Below are positions 30,676 through 41,998 of a stretch of DNA of 64,000 bases, piece by piece (the first letter of the stretch is position 1; each line of letters opens with the position of its first letter). This stretch comes from Pseudomonadota bacterium. GTDB taxonomy: Bacteria > Pseudomonadota > Gammaproteobacteria > Pseudomonadales > Oleiphilaceae. The translations under genes and the position numbers were made by a program. The notes beneath the pieces are model-generated. The model had not been told where the DNA came from. It worked only from the letters and a program-made list of their open reading frames with translations, and did no database searches. Location of the stretch: the NCBI GenBank assembly GCA_023430625.1, contig JAEZAA010000175.1:3123-67122 (forward strand), written 5' to 3'.

Positions 30676-30751
30676 TCCTCGATAGCTCAGTCGGTAGAGC
30701 AACGGACTGTTAATCCGTGGGTCGCTGGTTCGAGCCCAGCTCGAGGAGCCA
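30676..30751 (+). tRNA. tRNA-Asn (GTT), identical to the copy at 17460-17535
   Basis: The same 76-nt sequence, including the encoded CCA. Confidence 0.95.
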
Positions 30752-30756
30752 AATTG

Positions 30757-30787
30757 AAAAAGGCTGCCAAATGGCAGCCTTTTTTTA
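30757..30787 (+). terminator. Rho-independent terminator after tRNA-Asn copy 2
   Basis: AAAAAGGCTGCC-AAAT-GGCAGCCTTTTTTT. Confidence 0.85.
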
Positions 30788-30910
30788 TGCTCGTTTTTAG
30801 CAAAATTATCTGCGCAGCATCTATTGATGTATTGCGCGATCGGCCACGAATAAAAGTGGACGGGCGACTGAATTTTGCCGCCCCGCCCTCCTGTAACCTA
30901 CCCTACCCCG

Positions 30911-31630
30911 TTACCGGACCGCTGCAATCTCGCGCTCAATGGCCGCCAACGCCTCTATCGGCGATGCCGCCTGCGTAATTGGCCTGCCTACCACTAAATA
31001 ATCACTACCGGCTGCCAGTGCCTGGGCCGGCGTCAGAATTCGGCGCTGATCTCCCGCTTCCGCAGTCGCCGGCCGAATGCCTGGCGTCACCAAACGAAAG
31101 TCCTTCCCGAGTGTACGCTTCAATAGCTGGGCTTCCCGTGCCGAACAGACCACACCGTCCAACTCGCTGCGTTGAGCCAGACGGGCCAGGCGCAATACCT
31201 GCTGCTCGGGAGAGAAATCGAAACCCAGCTCGCGCAGGTCATCTGCATCCATGCTGGTCAGAACCGTGACCGCGATCAGTAGTGGTCGTTGCCCACCGCG
31301 CCGCTCCAACTGCTCCCGGGCGGCCTCCATCATGCGCCGCCCACCACTGGCATGCACATTCACCATCCAGACACCGAGATCTGCAGCAGCCGCCACCGCC
31401 TTAGCGACAGTATTTGGGATGTCGTGAAATTTAAGATCCAGAAAAACGTCAAACCCCTTCGCCTGTAGCCGCTCGACCAAGACTGGCCCGCCACGGGTAA
31501 AAAGTTCCTTTCCAACCTTCAGGCGGCATCGTTTGGGGTCCAGCTGATCTGCCATATGCAGTGCAGGTCCAGCCTCGGCGTAATCCAGAGCAACAACGAG
31601 ACGGGGTTCAACAGATTTATTCAGCGCCAA
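30911..31630 (-). CDS. pyrF: Orotidine-5'-phosphate decarboxylase
   Basis: [18 protein letters not shown] and the GxxxLVVGRPI C-terminal motif. TTG start at 31630 with a GGAGGA SD 7 nt upstream. Confidence 0.9.
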   Translation of the reverse strand: MALNKSVEPRLVVALDYAEAGPALHMADQLDPKRCRLKVGKELFTRGGPVLVERLQAKGFDVFLDLKFHDIPNTVAKAVAAAADLGVWMVNVHASGGRRMMEAAREQLERRGGQRPLLIAVTVLTSMDADDLRELGFDFSPEQQVLRLARLAQRSELDGVVCSAREAQLLKRTLGKDFRLVTPGIRPATAEAGDQRRILTPAQALAAGSDYLVVGRPITQAASPIEALAAIEREIAAVR

Positions 31631-31647
31631 ACTGGCATCCTCCGGTG

Positions 31648-32850
31648 CTAATCACCCACCACCCCTGCCCACGGCTTTATGGTCTCCCACTGCTTACAAC
31701 TGGGGCAGAACCACAGTAGCACGCTGCCGGAAAACCCGCAGTTCTCGCAGAGATAGCGCGGCTTATCTTGAAGAAGTGTTTGTGTCACACCTCGAACCAC
31801 CTCGAGCTGTGACGGTGTCGAATCCAGGACCGCGCCATCTTGGCCATGCTGGTTAGCCGCAGTCAGATCAAATTGCAGTGCAAGAAGGTAATCGAGCCCC
31901 TTGATGCTTGGAAAAACCGTTAGTTTTTCCATCAGGAAATCCAATGCAGCTCGCTTACCAGCAGTGAGCTCTAGACTTTCCGCATAGGTAACGACCAAGC
32001 CTGGCGTACCGCGTCGCTGCAACAAAGCGCCAAGATACTGCTGCAGTTTACGCTCGTCACCCAGCTTCCGGTAACACCTCACCAGCGCAGGCACGGTCTC
32101 CGGTACAAAGTCCGCATTCTGCTCCTCGACTCGCATCAAAACTTTAATGGCCTCCGGAAAATCTCCCGCATCCTGATGCAACTGAGCCAGCATCAAGCTC
32201 GCCCGCACGCAGTTCCGGTCATAATGCAGAGCTTCGCGCAAAAACCGTTTTACTTCCGAGACCTCTCCTCGCCCCTGGGCAACAACAGCTTCCTCGCAAC
32301 AGTAGTGCGCAATCCGCTTCCGGAACTCGGGGTTGCGGCGATAATCCAGCTTCAGGCCCGTTTCCTTCGCTGCCCGCCACTCCTTCTCGTCCTGATAGAT
32401 ATCGAGGAGAAACTGAAGACTAGACTCGCCCCACTGACGGGACTTTTCCAACTGCTTAAAGAGCGACTCAGAGCGATCAAGCAATCCTGCCGACAGATAG
32501 TCGCGCGCCAACTCCAGCGTGGCCCGCTCGCGATTATCACTATCCAACATGGGATGTGCGAGGAGATTCTGATGAATCAGGATGGCGCGATCCACTTCGC
32601 CCTTTTTCCGAAAGTGGTTCGCGATCGAAAAGTGCATGGGCAGCGTCTCCTTACCGACCTCAAGCCCCTGAACATACTTATCGATTGCTTCGTCACTGTA
32701 TTGCTCAAAGGTAAGCCGAACGCCGGCCGGCAATTGAGTACCGATACCAACGTCACGACTCGATATGGAAGTGCGTCCACCCCAACGTCCCAATACCCAC
32801 CCTATTCCTATGGAAAAGGCTATAAGAAGCCATAGAGCCATATTCTCCAT
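31648..32850 (-). CDS. lapB: Lipopolysaccharide assembly protein B (YciM), TPR plus rubredoxin-like zinc finger
   Basis: N-terminal TM helix, TPR repeats, and C-terminal CxxC...CPSC (CENCGF...FCPSCKQW). Synteny is lapA-lapB-pyrF. Confidence 0.9.
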   Translation of the reverse strand: MENMALWLLIAFSIGIGWVLGRWGGRTSISSRDVGIGTQLPAGVRLTFEQYSDEAIDKYVQGLEVGKETLPMHFSIANHFRKKGEVDRAILIHQNLLAHPMLDSDNRERATLELARDYLSAGLLDRSESLFKQLEKSRQWGESSLQFLLDIYQDEKEWRAAKETGLKLDYRRNPEFRKRIAHYCCEEAVVAQGRGEVSEVKRFLREALHYDRNCVRASLMLAQLHQDAGDFPEAIKVLMRVEEQNADFVPETVPALVRCYRKLGDERKLQQYLGALLQRRGTPGLVVTYAESLELTAGKRAALDFLMEKLTVFPSIKGLDYLLALQFDLTAANQHGQDGAVLDSTPSQLEVVRGVTQTLLQDKPRYLCENCGFSGSVLLWFCPSCKQWETIKPWAGVVGD

Positions 32851-32856
32851 AAAAAA

Positions 32857-33150
32857 TCAGGGCTTTTCTTGCAACAGCGAACGCAACTCCTGACTGGATG
32901 CTTCCTTTTCTTTGGCCAAGCGCCGATTCCGAACCCGCAACCTGAGCAGCGAAAAACTGGAAAGGAGCACGCCCAGCAAGGCACCTAAGGCTAAAGACAG
33001 CAGCAACCAAAGACCGACGCTCAATTCAGGCGTCTGGAACAGCAGAAAGTCGACCGAGGCGGACTCGTCATTACGAGCAACAAAGAGAATTCCAATGAAA
33101 AACAGCAGCAGTAAGCAAAAGCCAACGATAAATTTCTTCAGAATGGGCAT
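32857..33150 (-). CDS. lapA: Lipopolysaccharide assembly protein A (YciS/DUF1049)
   Basis: 97 aa with two TM helices and a charged C-terminal tail. It sits immediately upstream of lapB. Confidence 0.75.
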   Translation of the reverse strand: MPILKKFIVGFCLLLLFFIGILFVARNDESASVDFLLFQTPELSVGLWLLLSLALGALLGVLLSSFSLLRLRVRNRRLAKEKEASSQELRSLLQEKP

Positions 33151-33285
33151 TTCTACTCCTGAGGTCCGGAGGCGAGATCTTGCGCCATCTTAGCATGACG
33201 CTTAAAGGAAGCTGTACCAAAGGGCACATCGACGATCTGTCTCAGACTTCCGCCCAGTTGCGGATCCCTGCAAACGTCCGCTACG

Positions 33286-33582
33286 TCAATAACCCGCCTT
33301 GAGACTGGCGTTAACCTGGTCGCGCAACTCCTTACCCGGCTTGAAATGAGGCACATACTTGGCATCCAGTTCCACCGAGTCGCCGGTTTTCGGGTTCCGG
33401 CCAATACGCGGCGCACGATAGTGCAAGGAAAAACTCCCGAAGCCACGAATCTCGATCCGCCGCCCTTGGGACAGGGTCTGGGACATGTATTCAATCATCG
33501 TTTTCACTGCCAGCTCCACGTCCTTCACAGACAACTGGGGCTGCTTTGCCGCGATAATTTCAACCAACTCTGACTTCGTCAT
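33286..33582 (-). CDS. ihfB: Integration host factor subunit beta
   Basis: MTKSELVE...[30 protein letters not shown] is the classic IHF/HU fold sequence. Confidence 0.95.
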   Translation of the reverse strand: MTKSELVEIIAAKQPQLSVKDVELAVKTMIEYMSQTLSQGRRIEIRGFGSFSLHYRAPRIGRNPKTGDSVELDAKYVPHFKPGKELRDQVNASLKAGY

Positions 33583-33641
33583 GAGAGAAGATCCTTTGTA
33601 TTCTTTCTGTCAAAAGTTTAGTCAATCCCTAAAAAAAACAC

Positions 33642-33670
33642 AAAAAAAACGGGCATATAGCCCGTTTTTT
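33642..33670 (-). terminator. Terminator hairpin between rpsA and ihfB
   Basis: AAAAAAAACGGGC-ATATA-GCCCGTTTTTT. It is symmetric, with a T-run on both strands. Confidence 0.75.
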
Positions 33671-33691
33671 CCAGATTGAAGCAGTTTGGGC

Positions 33692-35374
33692 TTAGCCCTG
33701 TGACTGCTGCATCTGCTCCTTGATCAGGTCGCCGATCGTGGTCGGACCCTGCACTTCTGCGTGCTTGTCCTTCACATCGCGAATCGCCTGCTTCTCATCA
33801 TCCACGTCCTTGGACTTGATGGACAGGTTGATGACGCGATTCTTGCGATCAACGTTGATGATCTTGGCTTCAACTTCCTCGCCTTCCTTCAGCACGTTAC
33901 GTGCATCTTCAACCTTGTCGCGGCTGATTTCGGAGGCTTTCAGTACAGCTTCAACATCGTCAGCCAGGGCAACAACCGCTGCTTTCGCGTCGATTGACTT
34001 CACAACGCCCTTCACGATGGTGCCTTTCTCGTTCAGTTGAACGAATTCAGCAAACGGATCGCTATCCAGCTGCTTCACGCCCAGGGAAATACGCTCGCGC
34101 TCAGGGTCAATCGACAGGATCACAGTGTCGATCTCATCGCCCTTCTTGTACTTGCGAACGGCTTCTTCGCCAGTTTCGCTCCAGGAGATGTCGGACAGGT
34201 GAACCAGACCGTCGATGCCACCGTCCAGACCAATGAAGATACCGAAATCGGTGATCGACTTGATCTTGCCGGAGATCTTGTCACCCTTGTTGAAGTTCGC
34301 AGAGAACTCTTCCCAGGGGTTGGCGTGGCACTGCTTGATACCCAGAGAGATACGACGACGCTCTTCGTCGATATCCAGCACCATCACTTCCACTTCGTCG
34401 CCTACCTGGACAACCTTGGAAGGATGAATGTTCTTGTTGGTCCAATCCATTTCGGAAACGTGAACCAGACCTTCCACACCTTCTTCCAGCTCGGCGAAGC
34501 AGCCGTAATCGGTCAGGTTGGTCACACGGGCAGTAACACGTGCGCCTTCCGGATAACGGTTCTTGATGTCGACCCAGGGATCGGCACCCAGTTGCTTCAG
34601 ACCCAGGGACACGCGGTTGCGCTCACGGTCGAATTTCAGAACCTTGACGTTGATTTCATCGCCAACATTGACGATTTCGCTCGGATGCTTGATCCGCTTC
34701 CACGCCATGTCAGTGATGTGCAGCAGACCGTCAACACCACCCAGATCCACGAATGCACCGTAGTCGGTCAGGTTCTTGACGATACCCTTAGCTTCCATAC
34801 CTTCCTGCAGGGAAGACAGCAGCGCTTCGCGCTCGGCGCTGTTTTCCGCTTCCAGAACGGCACGACGGGAAACGACAACGTTGTTGCGCTTCTGGTCCAG
34901 CTTGATGACCTTGAACTCCAGCTCTTTGCCTTCCAAGTGAGCGGTGTCGCGGATCGGACGCACATCAACCAGGGAGCCCGGCAGGAACGCACGGATGCTG
35001 TTGACGTCAACGGTGAAACCACCCTTGACCTTGCCGTTGATAACACCCTTGACCACTGCCTGAGCTTCGAATGCTTTCTCCAGCTCTTTCCAGGACTCGG
35101 CGCGCTTGGCCTTTTCCCGGGACAGACGAGTTTCACCGAAACCATCTTCTACTGCGTCGAGAGCTACATCAACCTCGTCGCCGATTTTGATGCTCAGTCG
35201 GCCGGCATCGTCGAAGAATTGAGAAACCGGGATCACACCTTCGGACTTCAGACCAGCGTGAACAGTCACCCAGTCGCCGTCAATGTCTACGATCGTCCCT
35301 TTGACGATCGAACCTGGCTTCATATCAATTTCTTTCAGACTTTCTTCGAAAAGATCAGCAAAGCTCTCGCTCAT
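33692..35374 (-). CDS. rpsA: 30S ribosomal protein S1
   Basis: Six S1 domains over 560 aa. The N-terminus is [13 protein letters not shown]. Confidence 0.97.
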   Translation of the reverse strand: MSESFADLFEESLKEIDMKPGSIVKGTIVDIDGDWVTVHAGLKSEGVIPVSQFFDDAGRLSIKIGDEVDVALDAVEDGFGETRLSREKAKRAESWKELEKAFEAQAVVKGVINGKVKGGFTVDVNSIRAFLPGSLVDVRPIRDTAHLEGKELEFKVIKLDQKRNNVVVSRRAVLEAENSAEREALLSSLQEGMEAKGIVKNLTDYGAFVDLGGVDGLLHITDMAWKRIKHPSEIVNVGDEINVKVLKFDRERNRVSLGLKQLGADPWVDIKNRYPEGARVTARVTNLTDYGCFAELEEGVEGLVHVSEMDWTNKNIHPSKVVQVGDEVEVMVLDIDEERRRISLGIKQCHANPWEEFSANFNKGDKISGKIKSITDFGIFIGLDGGIDGLVHLSDISWSETGEEAVRKYKKGDEIDTVILSIDPERERISLGVKQLDSDPFAEFVQLNEKGTIVKGVVKSIDAKAAVVALADDVEAVLKASEISRDKVEDARNVLKEGEEVEAKIINVDRKNRVINLSIKSKDVDDEKQAIRDVKDKHAEVQGPTTIGDLIKEQMQQSQG

Positions 35375-35483
35375 TTGGTTTCCTACGTGGTCAAAATGTC
35401 ATTTGCACTCGTATTGCCAGTCAATACGGTCAGTTCAACGTTGGCTCTTGGCGGGTATCACTGGTCCAGCCCGACAAGATCCC

Positions 35484-36179
35484 CTACTTCGTGCTGGACT
35501 TTTGAGTCCAAACACCTAAAATTCTTTGCAGTACTTCCTCAATTGAAAGCCCGCTGGTATCAACGGTTTCAGCGTCATCCGCAGGTTTTAGCGGCGCCGT
35601 GGCGCGCTTCATGTCCTGCTCGTCCCGCGCTTTCAACTCTTCTAAAAGGGCCGAAAGTTTAACATCCTGGCCCTTCTGGTTCAACTGATTAAAACGTCGC
35701 CGCGCCCTTTCTTCCGCACTGGCGGTCAGAAAGATCTTACAGGGCGCGTCGGGAAATACCACTGTTCCCATGTCGCGACCATCCGCCACCAGACCGGGTT
35801 CTGTCCGGAAATCCCGCTGGCGCTGCAGCAGGGCCGCCCGAACTTCCGGAATGACGGCGACACGCGATGCATTGGCACCCGCTGTTTCAGTGCGCAGCTC
35901 CCGCGTCACATCCTCTCCCGCCAGAATCACATCCGCCGGCTCACCCGGCTGTGACGGCACGAAACGCACATCCAACTGCTGGGCGGCACGCACCAGCCCC
36001 GCCACGTCATCCAGACTAATTCCCTGCTTCAGCGCGCTGAGCGCCGTAAGCCGGTAGAGGGCGCCACTGTCCAACAGCTGCCAGCCCAGATGACGGGCCA
36101 GCAACTGGGAAATGGTTCCCTTGCCGGCACCGCTGGGTCCGTCAATGGTAATGACTGGGGCTTGTGATGCCATGATCAA
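35484..36179 (-). CDS. cmk: Cytidylate kinase
   Basis: [14 protein letters not shown]-loop. 4-bp ATGA overlap with the upstream aroA-fusion stop. Confidence 0.95.
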   Translation of the reverse strand: MIMASQAPVITIDGPSGAGKGTISQLLARHLGWQLLDSGALYRLTALSALKQGISLDDVAGLVRAAQQLDVRFVPSQPGEPADVILAGEDVTRELRTETAGANASRVAVIPEVRAALLQRQRDFRTEPGLVADGRDMGTVVFPDAPCKIFLTASAEERARRRFNQLNQKGQDVKLSALLEELKARDEQDMKRATAPLKPADDAETVDTSGLSIEEVLQRILGVWTQKSSTK

Positions 36180-38434
36180 TGTCCTTCAACAGCAGTCTTG
36201 CCTTCAACGCTCAGGCGGATACCGACCTTCTGCGCCAACTCCACGAAATTGGGGAATGAGGTGGCCACGTTGGCGCAGTCGCGGATCATGATCTCGCCTT
36301 TGGCACGCAGGGAGGCAATGGCAAAAGACATGGCAATCCGGTGGTCGCCATGGCTGTGAATTTCACCGCCGCCCATGGTTGCACCCTGGATCACAATGCC
36401 GTCAGGCTTGACCTCCGTTGCAACCCCCAGCGCCGCCAAGCCATCGGCCATCACCTGGATCCGGTCACTCTCCTTGACCCGCAGCTCCTCGGCGCCGGAC
36501 AGCACGGTCGTACCTTCGGCACAGACCGCCGCGATAAAGAGCGCAGGAAACTCATCGATCGCCAGAGGAACCTGGTCCTCCGGGATATGAATGCCATGCA
36601 GCGGCGCATAACGAATACGGATATCCGCCACCGGCTCACCCCCGACTTCGCGCTCATTGCCCACTTCAATATCGGCTCCCATGAGACGAAGGATATTGAT
36701 GATGCCCGTGCGTGTCGGATTGATGCCGACATGCTCCAGGGTGAGATCCGAGTCCGGGGTAATGGCCGCAGCAACCATGAAGAAAGCCGCGGAGGAAATA
36801 TCCGCAGGCACATCAATATGGGTGCCGGTAAGACGACCGCCACCACGTAGGCTGATGCGGTTGCCATCGACCTTCACTTCATAGCCGAATCCGCGCAGCA
36901 TCCGCTCCGAGTGATCACGGGTTGGCGCAGGCTCGGTCACCGACGTCTCACCCTCGGCATACAGCCCAGCCAGCAACAGCGACGACTTCACCTGGGCACT
37001 GGCCATGGGCATGTCGTAATGGGTGCCTTTCAGCGGCTGACCGCCGAAAATGGTCATGGGTGGGCGTCCGCCCTCACCGGTTTCGATCTTCGCGCCCATC
37101 GTCCGCAAGGGCTTGGCCACCCGCTCCATGGGACGCTTGGACAAGGACTCATCACCCGTCAGCACACTGTCGAACGGCTGGCCTGAGAGCAATCCGGCCA
37201 GCAGACGCATGGAGGTGCCCGAGTTACCGAGATACAAGGCACCCGGCGCCGGCTTCAGGCCGTGCAGTCCCTTGCCATGAATACGGACATTGCCCTGGTC
37301 CGGTCCCTCGATCACGATGCCCATGTCGCGAAACGCCTGCAAGGTCGCCAGGCTGTCTTCGCCCTCCAGAAACCCTTCGACTTCGGTCACGCCCTCAGCA
37401 AGAGAGCCGAGCATGATGGAACGGTGGGAGATGGATTTGTCACCCGGTACCCGGATGCGCCCCTGCACCGAACCACCGGGTTGCAGGCGATAGCTCACGT
37501 TTCGAGTATTCATAAGCGAGATGTAGGACTTTCCTTCGAGCATTTTGTTGAAGTGTTCGCGGGCCGCCTTGGCCCGTGTGAACACGCCCAGCAACATTTC
37601 GCCATCGCCTCGCTCAATGGCTTCACGCAGCTTAAGCAGATCATGCGTGAAATGGTCGAGCGCGCGTAGCGTAGCGTCTTGATTAGATAAAAAAATATCG
37701 TGCCACATGAGCGGGTCACTGGCCGCGATCCGGGTAAAGTCCCGAAAACCGCCAGCGGCATAGCGGAAGATTTCTAGGTTATCGTCTTCACCCGCCAGGG
37801 TATGCACCAGAGAGAATGCGATCAGGTGAGGCAGATGACTGGTGCACGCCAGCACCTCGTCGTGGCGCCGGGCGTCCATCTGGAGGACCTCGGCGCCCGT
37901 TGCCTGCCACATGCGGGTGACCAGGGCATTTGCCTTGGCATCCGTGGTGGGCTCTGGCGTCAGGATAACCTTGTGTTTGCGAAACAGTTGATCATTGGCA
38001 GCGGTAACACCGCTTTTCTCCGAACCTGCAATGGGATGCCCGGGCACTACGAGTGGCGGCAGCGTTCCATATACCGACCGCTCCGCATCGACAAATGAGC
38101 CTTTGACGCTGCCGACATCGGTCAAGACCGCATTCGCCGGCGCCAGCGCCTTAATCTCACGCAGCACGGTCTCCACGGCCCGTACCGGCACAGCCAGAAC
38201 GATCAGATCAGCGCCGTCCACGGCGGCCTGCAGAGAATCCGCGGCCTGGTCGATAATGCCGAGCTCACAGCCCTTGTCCGCATCCCCCGGTCGACGGTCG
38301 TAGCCGACCACCACCTGGGCAAAGCGACTTGCCTTCAACGCTTTCGCCAACGATCCGCCAATCAGTCCGAGGCCGATGACAGCAAGTCTGCGAACCTGCG
38401 GTTGATCGAAGCAAAACGGCAGGGGCTGGCTCAT
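36176..38434 (-). CDS. aroA: Bifunctional prephenate/arogenate dehydrogenase and 3-phosphoshikimate 1-carboxyvinyltransferase (TyrA-AroA fusion)
   Basis: The N-terminal ~290 aa carry the GLGLIGGS Rossmann fold and a TyrA core. The C-terminal ~450 aa are EPSP synthase ([20 protein letters not shown]). Confidence 0.9.
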   Translation of the reverse strand: MSQPLPFCFDQPQVRRLAVIGLGLIGGSLAKALKASRFAQVVVGYDRRPGDADKGCELGIIDQAADSLQAAVDGADLIVLAVPVRAVETVLREIKALAPANAVLTDVGSVKGSFVDAERSVYGTLPPLVVPGHPIAGSEKSGVTAANDQLFRKHKVILTPEPTTDAKANALVTRMWQATGAEVLQMDARRHDEVLACTSHLPHLIAFSLVHTLAGEDDNLEIFRYAAGGFRDFTRIAASDPLMWHDIFLSNQDATLRALDHFTHDLLKLREAIERGDGEMLLGVFTRAKAAREHFNKMLEGKSYISLMNTRNVSYRLQPGGSVQGRIRVPGDKSISHRSIMLGSLAEGVTEVEGFLEGEDSLATLQAFRDMGIVIEGPDQGNVRIHGKGLHGLKPAPGALYLGNSGTSMRLLAGLLSGQPFDSVLTGDESLSKRPMERVAKPLRTMGAKIETGEGGRPPMTIFGGQPLKGTHYDMPMASAQVKSSLLLAGLYAEGETSVTEPAPTRDHSERMLRGFGYEVKVDGNRISLRGGGRLTGTHIDVPADISSAAFFMVAAAITPDSDLTLEHVGINPTRTGIINILRLMGADIEVGNEREVGGEPVADIRIRYAPLHGIHIPEDQVPLAIDEFPALFIAAVCAEGTTVLSGAEELRVKESDRIQVMADGLAALGVATEVKPDGIVIQGATMGGGEIHSHGDHRIAMSFAIASLRAKGEIMIRDCANVATSFPNFVELAQKVGIRLSVEGKTAVEGH

Positions 38435-38437
38435 GCG

Positions 38438-39568
38438 TCAGGACTCACCCAGAACCTCGGCCAGCGCCCGCAGGAACACCGCGTTTTCCGCCTGGGTGCC
38501 GACAGAAATCCGCAGGAACTGCGGCATTTCATAATTGGCGACCGGCCGCACGATCACGCCTTTACGCAGCAGAGCCTGGTAAATCGGCATGGCATCGCGA
38601 CCGAGATTGACGCAGAGGAAGTTGCCCAGGGAGGGAACCCAAGACAGTCCCAGATCCCGCAGTCCGTCACAGATCTGCGCCATACCCTGACGATTCATGT
38701 CCACCGTCCGGCGCACGTACTCCTCGTCATCCAAGGCAGCCACGGCAGCGACCTGCGCCAGGCTGTCCACGTTGAACGGTTGGCGTACCCGATTGAGGAT
38801 GTCGGCCACCTGGGGATTGGAGACCGCGTAGCCAACCCGCAACGCCGCCAGACCGTAGGCCTTGGAGAAGGTGCGCGAAACGATCAGGTTGGGATAGCGC
38901 GGCAGGTAGGAAAGCCCATCCGGGAATCCCTCCTGCTCCACATATTCCACATAGGCCTCATCCAGCACCACCAACACCCGCTCAGGTACTGCCTGCAGGA
39001 AGCGCTCAAGTGCCTGCGCATCAAACCAGGTGCCGGTCGGGTTATTGGGGTTGGCCAGGAAAATCAGCTTGGTATGTTCGGTCACAGCCCGCACCATCGC
39101 GTCCAGATCATGACCGAAATCCCGCGCCGGCGTCACCACCGCCCGGGCACCGATGGCCTGTGCCGCGATGGGATACACCGCGAACGCGTGCTGGGAAAAA
39201 ATGATTTCTGATTGTGAGTCCGCAAAGGCTCGGGCAATGATTTCCAGAATGTCGTTGGAGCCATTGCCCAGGGTGATCTGCTCGGGCCGCAGATTAAACC
39301 GTTGCGACAGCTTCTGCTTGAGCGCAAAGCCATTACCATCGGGATAGCGGGTCAGCTCCGGCAGGGCCCGCTGAATCGCCTCCAGCACCTTCGGGCTCGG
39401 GCCCAAGGGATTCTCGTTACTCGCCAGCTTGACGATGTTCTTGATTCCCAGCTCGCGCTCCAGCTCATCGACCGGCTTTCCCGGCACATAGGGCTGCAGC
39501 TTCTGCACGCCGGCTGTTGCCAACGCGTAGTAATCAACGCGACCCGCTTTTTCCGACCCTGCATTCAT
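38438..39568 (-). CDS. hisC: Histidinol-phosphate aminotransferase (HisC2-type, aromatic pathway-associated)
   Basis: LASNENPLGPSP, and RTFSKAYGLAALRVGY with the PLP lysine. Confidence 0.9.
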   Translation of the reverse strand: MNAGSEKAGRVDYYALATAGVQKLQPYVPGKPVDELERELGIKNIVKLASNENPLGPSPKVLEAIQRALPELTRYPDGNGFALKQKLSQRFNLRPEQITLGNGSNDILEIIARAFADSQSEIIFSQHAFAVYPIAAQAIGARAVVTPARDFGHDLDAMVRAVTEHTKLIFLANPNNPTGTWFDAQALERFLQAVPERVLVVLDEAYVEYVEQEGFPDGLSYLPRYPNLIVSRTFSKAYGLAALRVGYAVSNPQVADILNRVRQPFNVDSLAQVAAVAALDDEEYVRRTVDMNRQGMAQICDGLRDLGLSWVPSLGNFLCVNLGRDAMPIYQALLRKGVIVRPVANYEMPQFLRISVGTQAENAVFLRALAEVLGES

Positions 39569-39696
39569 ACTCTTTCACCCAGCGTTATCTGTGTCACTAA
39601 GGGCTGATTTACCCTGACGCGCCCAGTGTGATGAATCTGTTCGATGCTCATGCATTCGAGGTTGTGTGGCTATGGTTCTTACAACATGCCCTGGCT

Positions 39697-40794
39697 TTAC
39701 AACACACCCAAGGGATAGGATCCCAGCAGCTTCAACTCAACCGCGTTGCCACTGATCTCCTGTAGCGCCTGCTGCACGACAGGGTCATCCACGTGACCTT
39801 CGAAATCGATGAAGAACACATAGGTCCAGGCGCCAGTCGGTGACGGCCGGGTTTCGATTCTGGTCAGACTGATACCCAGCCGGTGAAACGGTTCCAGCAA
39901 CGAATACAGCGCACCGGGGCGGTTCTTGGTAGACACCAGGATCGAGGTCTTGTCATGCCCACTACGCCCTACCCGCTCGCGCCCAACGATGAGAAACCGA
40001 GTCGTATTGTCGGGACGGTCCTCGATATTGCGCGCAACCGCGGTCAAGCCATACTGCTCAGCGGCCATATCACCGGCAATCGCCGCGGAGTCCGGTTCTT
40101 TTGCCGCGCGCCGCGCAGCCTCTGCGTTGCTGCTAACAGCAACCCGCTCGATCGTCGGCCAATGGGCGTCCAGCCACTGCCGGCATTGCCCCAGGGACTG
40201 CTGATGGGAATAGATCCGCTTGACCTTGCTCATGTCCACGCCAGGACCAACCAGCAGATGATGGTGGATCCGCAGTTGGACCTCGCCACAAATCTTCAGA
40301 GGCGACGTCAGGAACATGTCCAGGGTGTGATTGATCATGCCTTCGGTGGAGTTCTCGATAGGCGCCACACCGTATTGGGCCGCACCCGCCTCGACTTCCC
40401 GGAACACTTCGGCAATGGTCGCCACCGGCGCCGTATTCACCGAGTGGCCGAAATGCTTCAGCGCGGCCGCCTGGGTAAAGGTCCCGGCCGGTCCGAGAAA
40501 TGAAATCCGCAACGGCTTTTCCAGTGCCAGGCAAGCCGACATGATTTCCCGGAACAGGCGAGCCATTTCTTCGTTGCTGAGCGGCCCCCGGTTACGCTCC
40601 ATGACCCGGCGCAGCACCTGGGCCTCACGCTCGGGCCGATAGAACACGGCATCGGCTTCGCTCTTGTCCCGCAGCTTGACCTCTGCCACCTGCTTGGCGC
40701 ATTCGGCCCGTTCATTGATCAATTCCTGAATCTGCTCGTCCAGTTGATCGATTCGCTGGCGAAGCGCGCCAAGCGCGCTGGCTTCATCACTCAT
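39697..40794 (-). CDS. pheA: Bifunctional chorismate mutase / prephenate dehydratase (P-protein)
   Basis: CM domain (LRQRIDQLDEQI), PDT domain (ISFLGPAGTFT), and ACT domain containing the TRIESRP motif. Confidence 0.92.
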   Translation of the reverse strand: MSDEASALGALRQRIDQLDEQIQELINERAECAKQVAEVKLRDKSEADAVFYRPEREAQVLRRVMERNRGPLSNEEMARLFREIMSACLALEKPLRISFLGPAGTFTQAAALKHFGHSVNTAPVATIAEVFREVEAGAAQYGVAPIENSTEGMINHTLDMFLTSPLKICGEVQLRIHHHLLVGPGVDMSKVKRIYSHQQSLGQCRQWLDAHWPTIERVAVSSNAEAARRAAKEPDSAAIAGDMAAEQYGLTAVARNIEDRPDNTTRFLIVGRERVGRSGHDKTSILVSTKNRPGALYSLLEPFHRLGISLTRIETRPSPTGAWTYVFFIDFEGHVDDPVVQQALQEISGNAVELKLLGSYPLGVL

Positions 40795-40810
40795 AACCGG
40801 CGCTCTCTTG

Positions 40811-41893
40811 CTATCCGCGGGTCTTTTCGAATTGACGCATGAAGTCGATCAGAACATCGACGCCCGCCTCAGGCATGGAGTTGTAGATGCTCGCCCGCAT
40901 GCCACCCACAGAGCGGTGCCCTTGCAGGTTGACCAATCCAGCGGCCTCAGCTTCCGCCAGGAACTGGTTATTCAGCGCCTCGTCCCGCAGAGTGAAAGGA
41001 ATGTTCATCCAAGAGCGGCAGCTGGGATCGATAGGGTTGTTGTAGAAATCACTGCCATCGATGGCCTGATACAGCTTCTCCGCCTTGCGCCGGTTTACCT
41101 CGGCGATGGCTTCCACACCACCCTGGCGCTTTAACCATTTGAACACCAGGCCCGCCAGGTACCAGGCGAACGTGGGCGGCGTGTTGTACATGGAGCCATT
41201 ATCGGCCGCCACTTTGTAATCCATCATCACCGGCGTTTCCGGGCGCGCCTGGCCGATCAGATCCTCACGCACGATGACAATGGTCAGGCCAGCCGGACCA
41301 ATGTTCTTCTGGGCGCCTGCATAGATACAGCCAAACTTGCTCACATCCAGCGGACGCGACAACAGGTTCGACGACATATCCGCAACCAATGGCACATCCC
41401 CTACCTCCGGGATGTATTGAAACTCCACACCACCGATGGTCTCGTTGGGGGTGTAATGGACGTACGCAGCGTTCGGATCGAGATTCCACTGGGATTGCGC
41501 CGGAATAACGCGATAGTTCTCCGCTTTGGCGCTGGCCACCACATTGACCTCGGCATAGCGCCGGCCTTCATCGATCGCCTTGCGCGACCAGATTCCGGTG
41601 TCGATGTAATCTGCCTTGCCGCGACCGCGTAACAGATTCAACGGCACCATCGAGAACTGCGCGCTGGCCCCGCCCTGCAGGAACAGCACCTTGTAGTTGG
41701 ACGGAATACCCAGCAGATCCCGGAAGTCCTGCTCGGCTTCCTCGGCGATCCCCACGAACTCGGCGCTGCGGTGACTCATTTCCATCACCGACATACCCTT
41801 GTTACGCCAGTTCAGCAGTTCATCGCGGGCTTGCTCCAACACTTCGGCCGGCAACGCCGCCGGGCCCGAGCAGAAATTATAGGATCGCGTCAT
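40811..41893 (-). CDS. serC: Phosphoserine aminotransferase
   Basis: NFCSGPAALP, MSHRS, and GAQKNIGPAGLT with the PLP lysine. Confidence 0.95.
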   Translation of the reverse strand: MTRSYNFCSGPAALPAEVLEQARDELLNWRNKGMSVMEMSHRSAEFVGIAEEAEQDFRDLLGIPSNYKVLFLQGGASAQFSMVPLNLLRGRGKADYIDTGIWSRKAIDEGRRYAEVNVVASAKAENYRVIPAQSQWNLDPNAAYVHYTPNETIGGVEFQYIPEVGDVPLVADMSSNLLSRPLDVSKFGCIYAGAQKNIGPAGLTIVIVREDLIGQARPETPVMMDYKVAADNGSMYNTPPTFAWYLAGLVFKWLKRQGGVEAIAEVNRRKAEKLYQAIDGSDFYNNPIDPSCRSWMNIPFTLRDEALNNQFLAEAEAAGLVNLQGHRSVGGMRASIYNSMPEAGVDVLIDFMRQFEKTRG

Positions 41894-41998
41894 ACCAGCG
41901 GTTTCTCTCGCTATTTGTCTAACAATACGTTGTCGATCAGTGCGTCATCATGCGCTGCGCCCGGTTGCGCGCAGTGCATTTAACTCAATCTCACGCAA

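Noticed and set aside
17460-30751. A genomic island bounded by the two identical tRNA-Asn genes
   Set aside because: The interval holds core genes (apeB, rlmL, rmf, pyrD, rmuC, uvrB, an aminotransferase). It has no integrase, no partial tRNA 3'-end duplication and no compositional break.
34037-35662. 541-aa ORF on the + strand
   Set aside because: It is antisense to rpsA, a highly expressed gene with strong codon bias that keeps the opposite frame open. No motifs are present.
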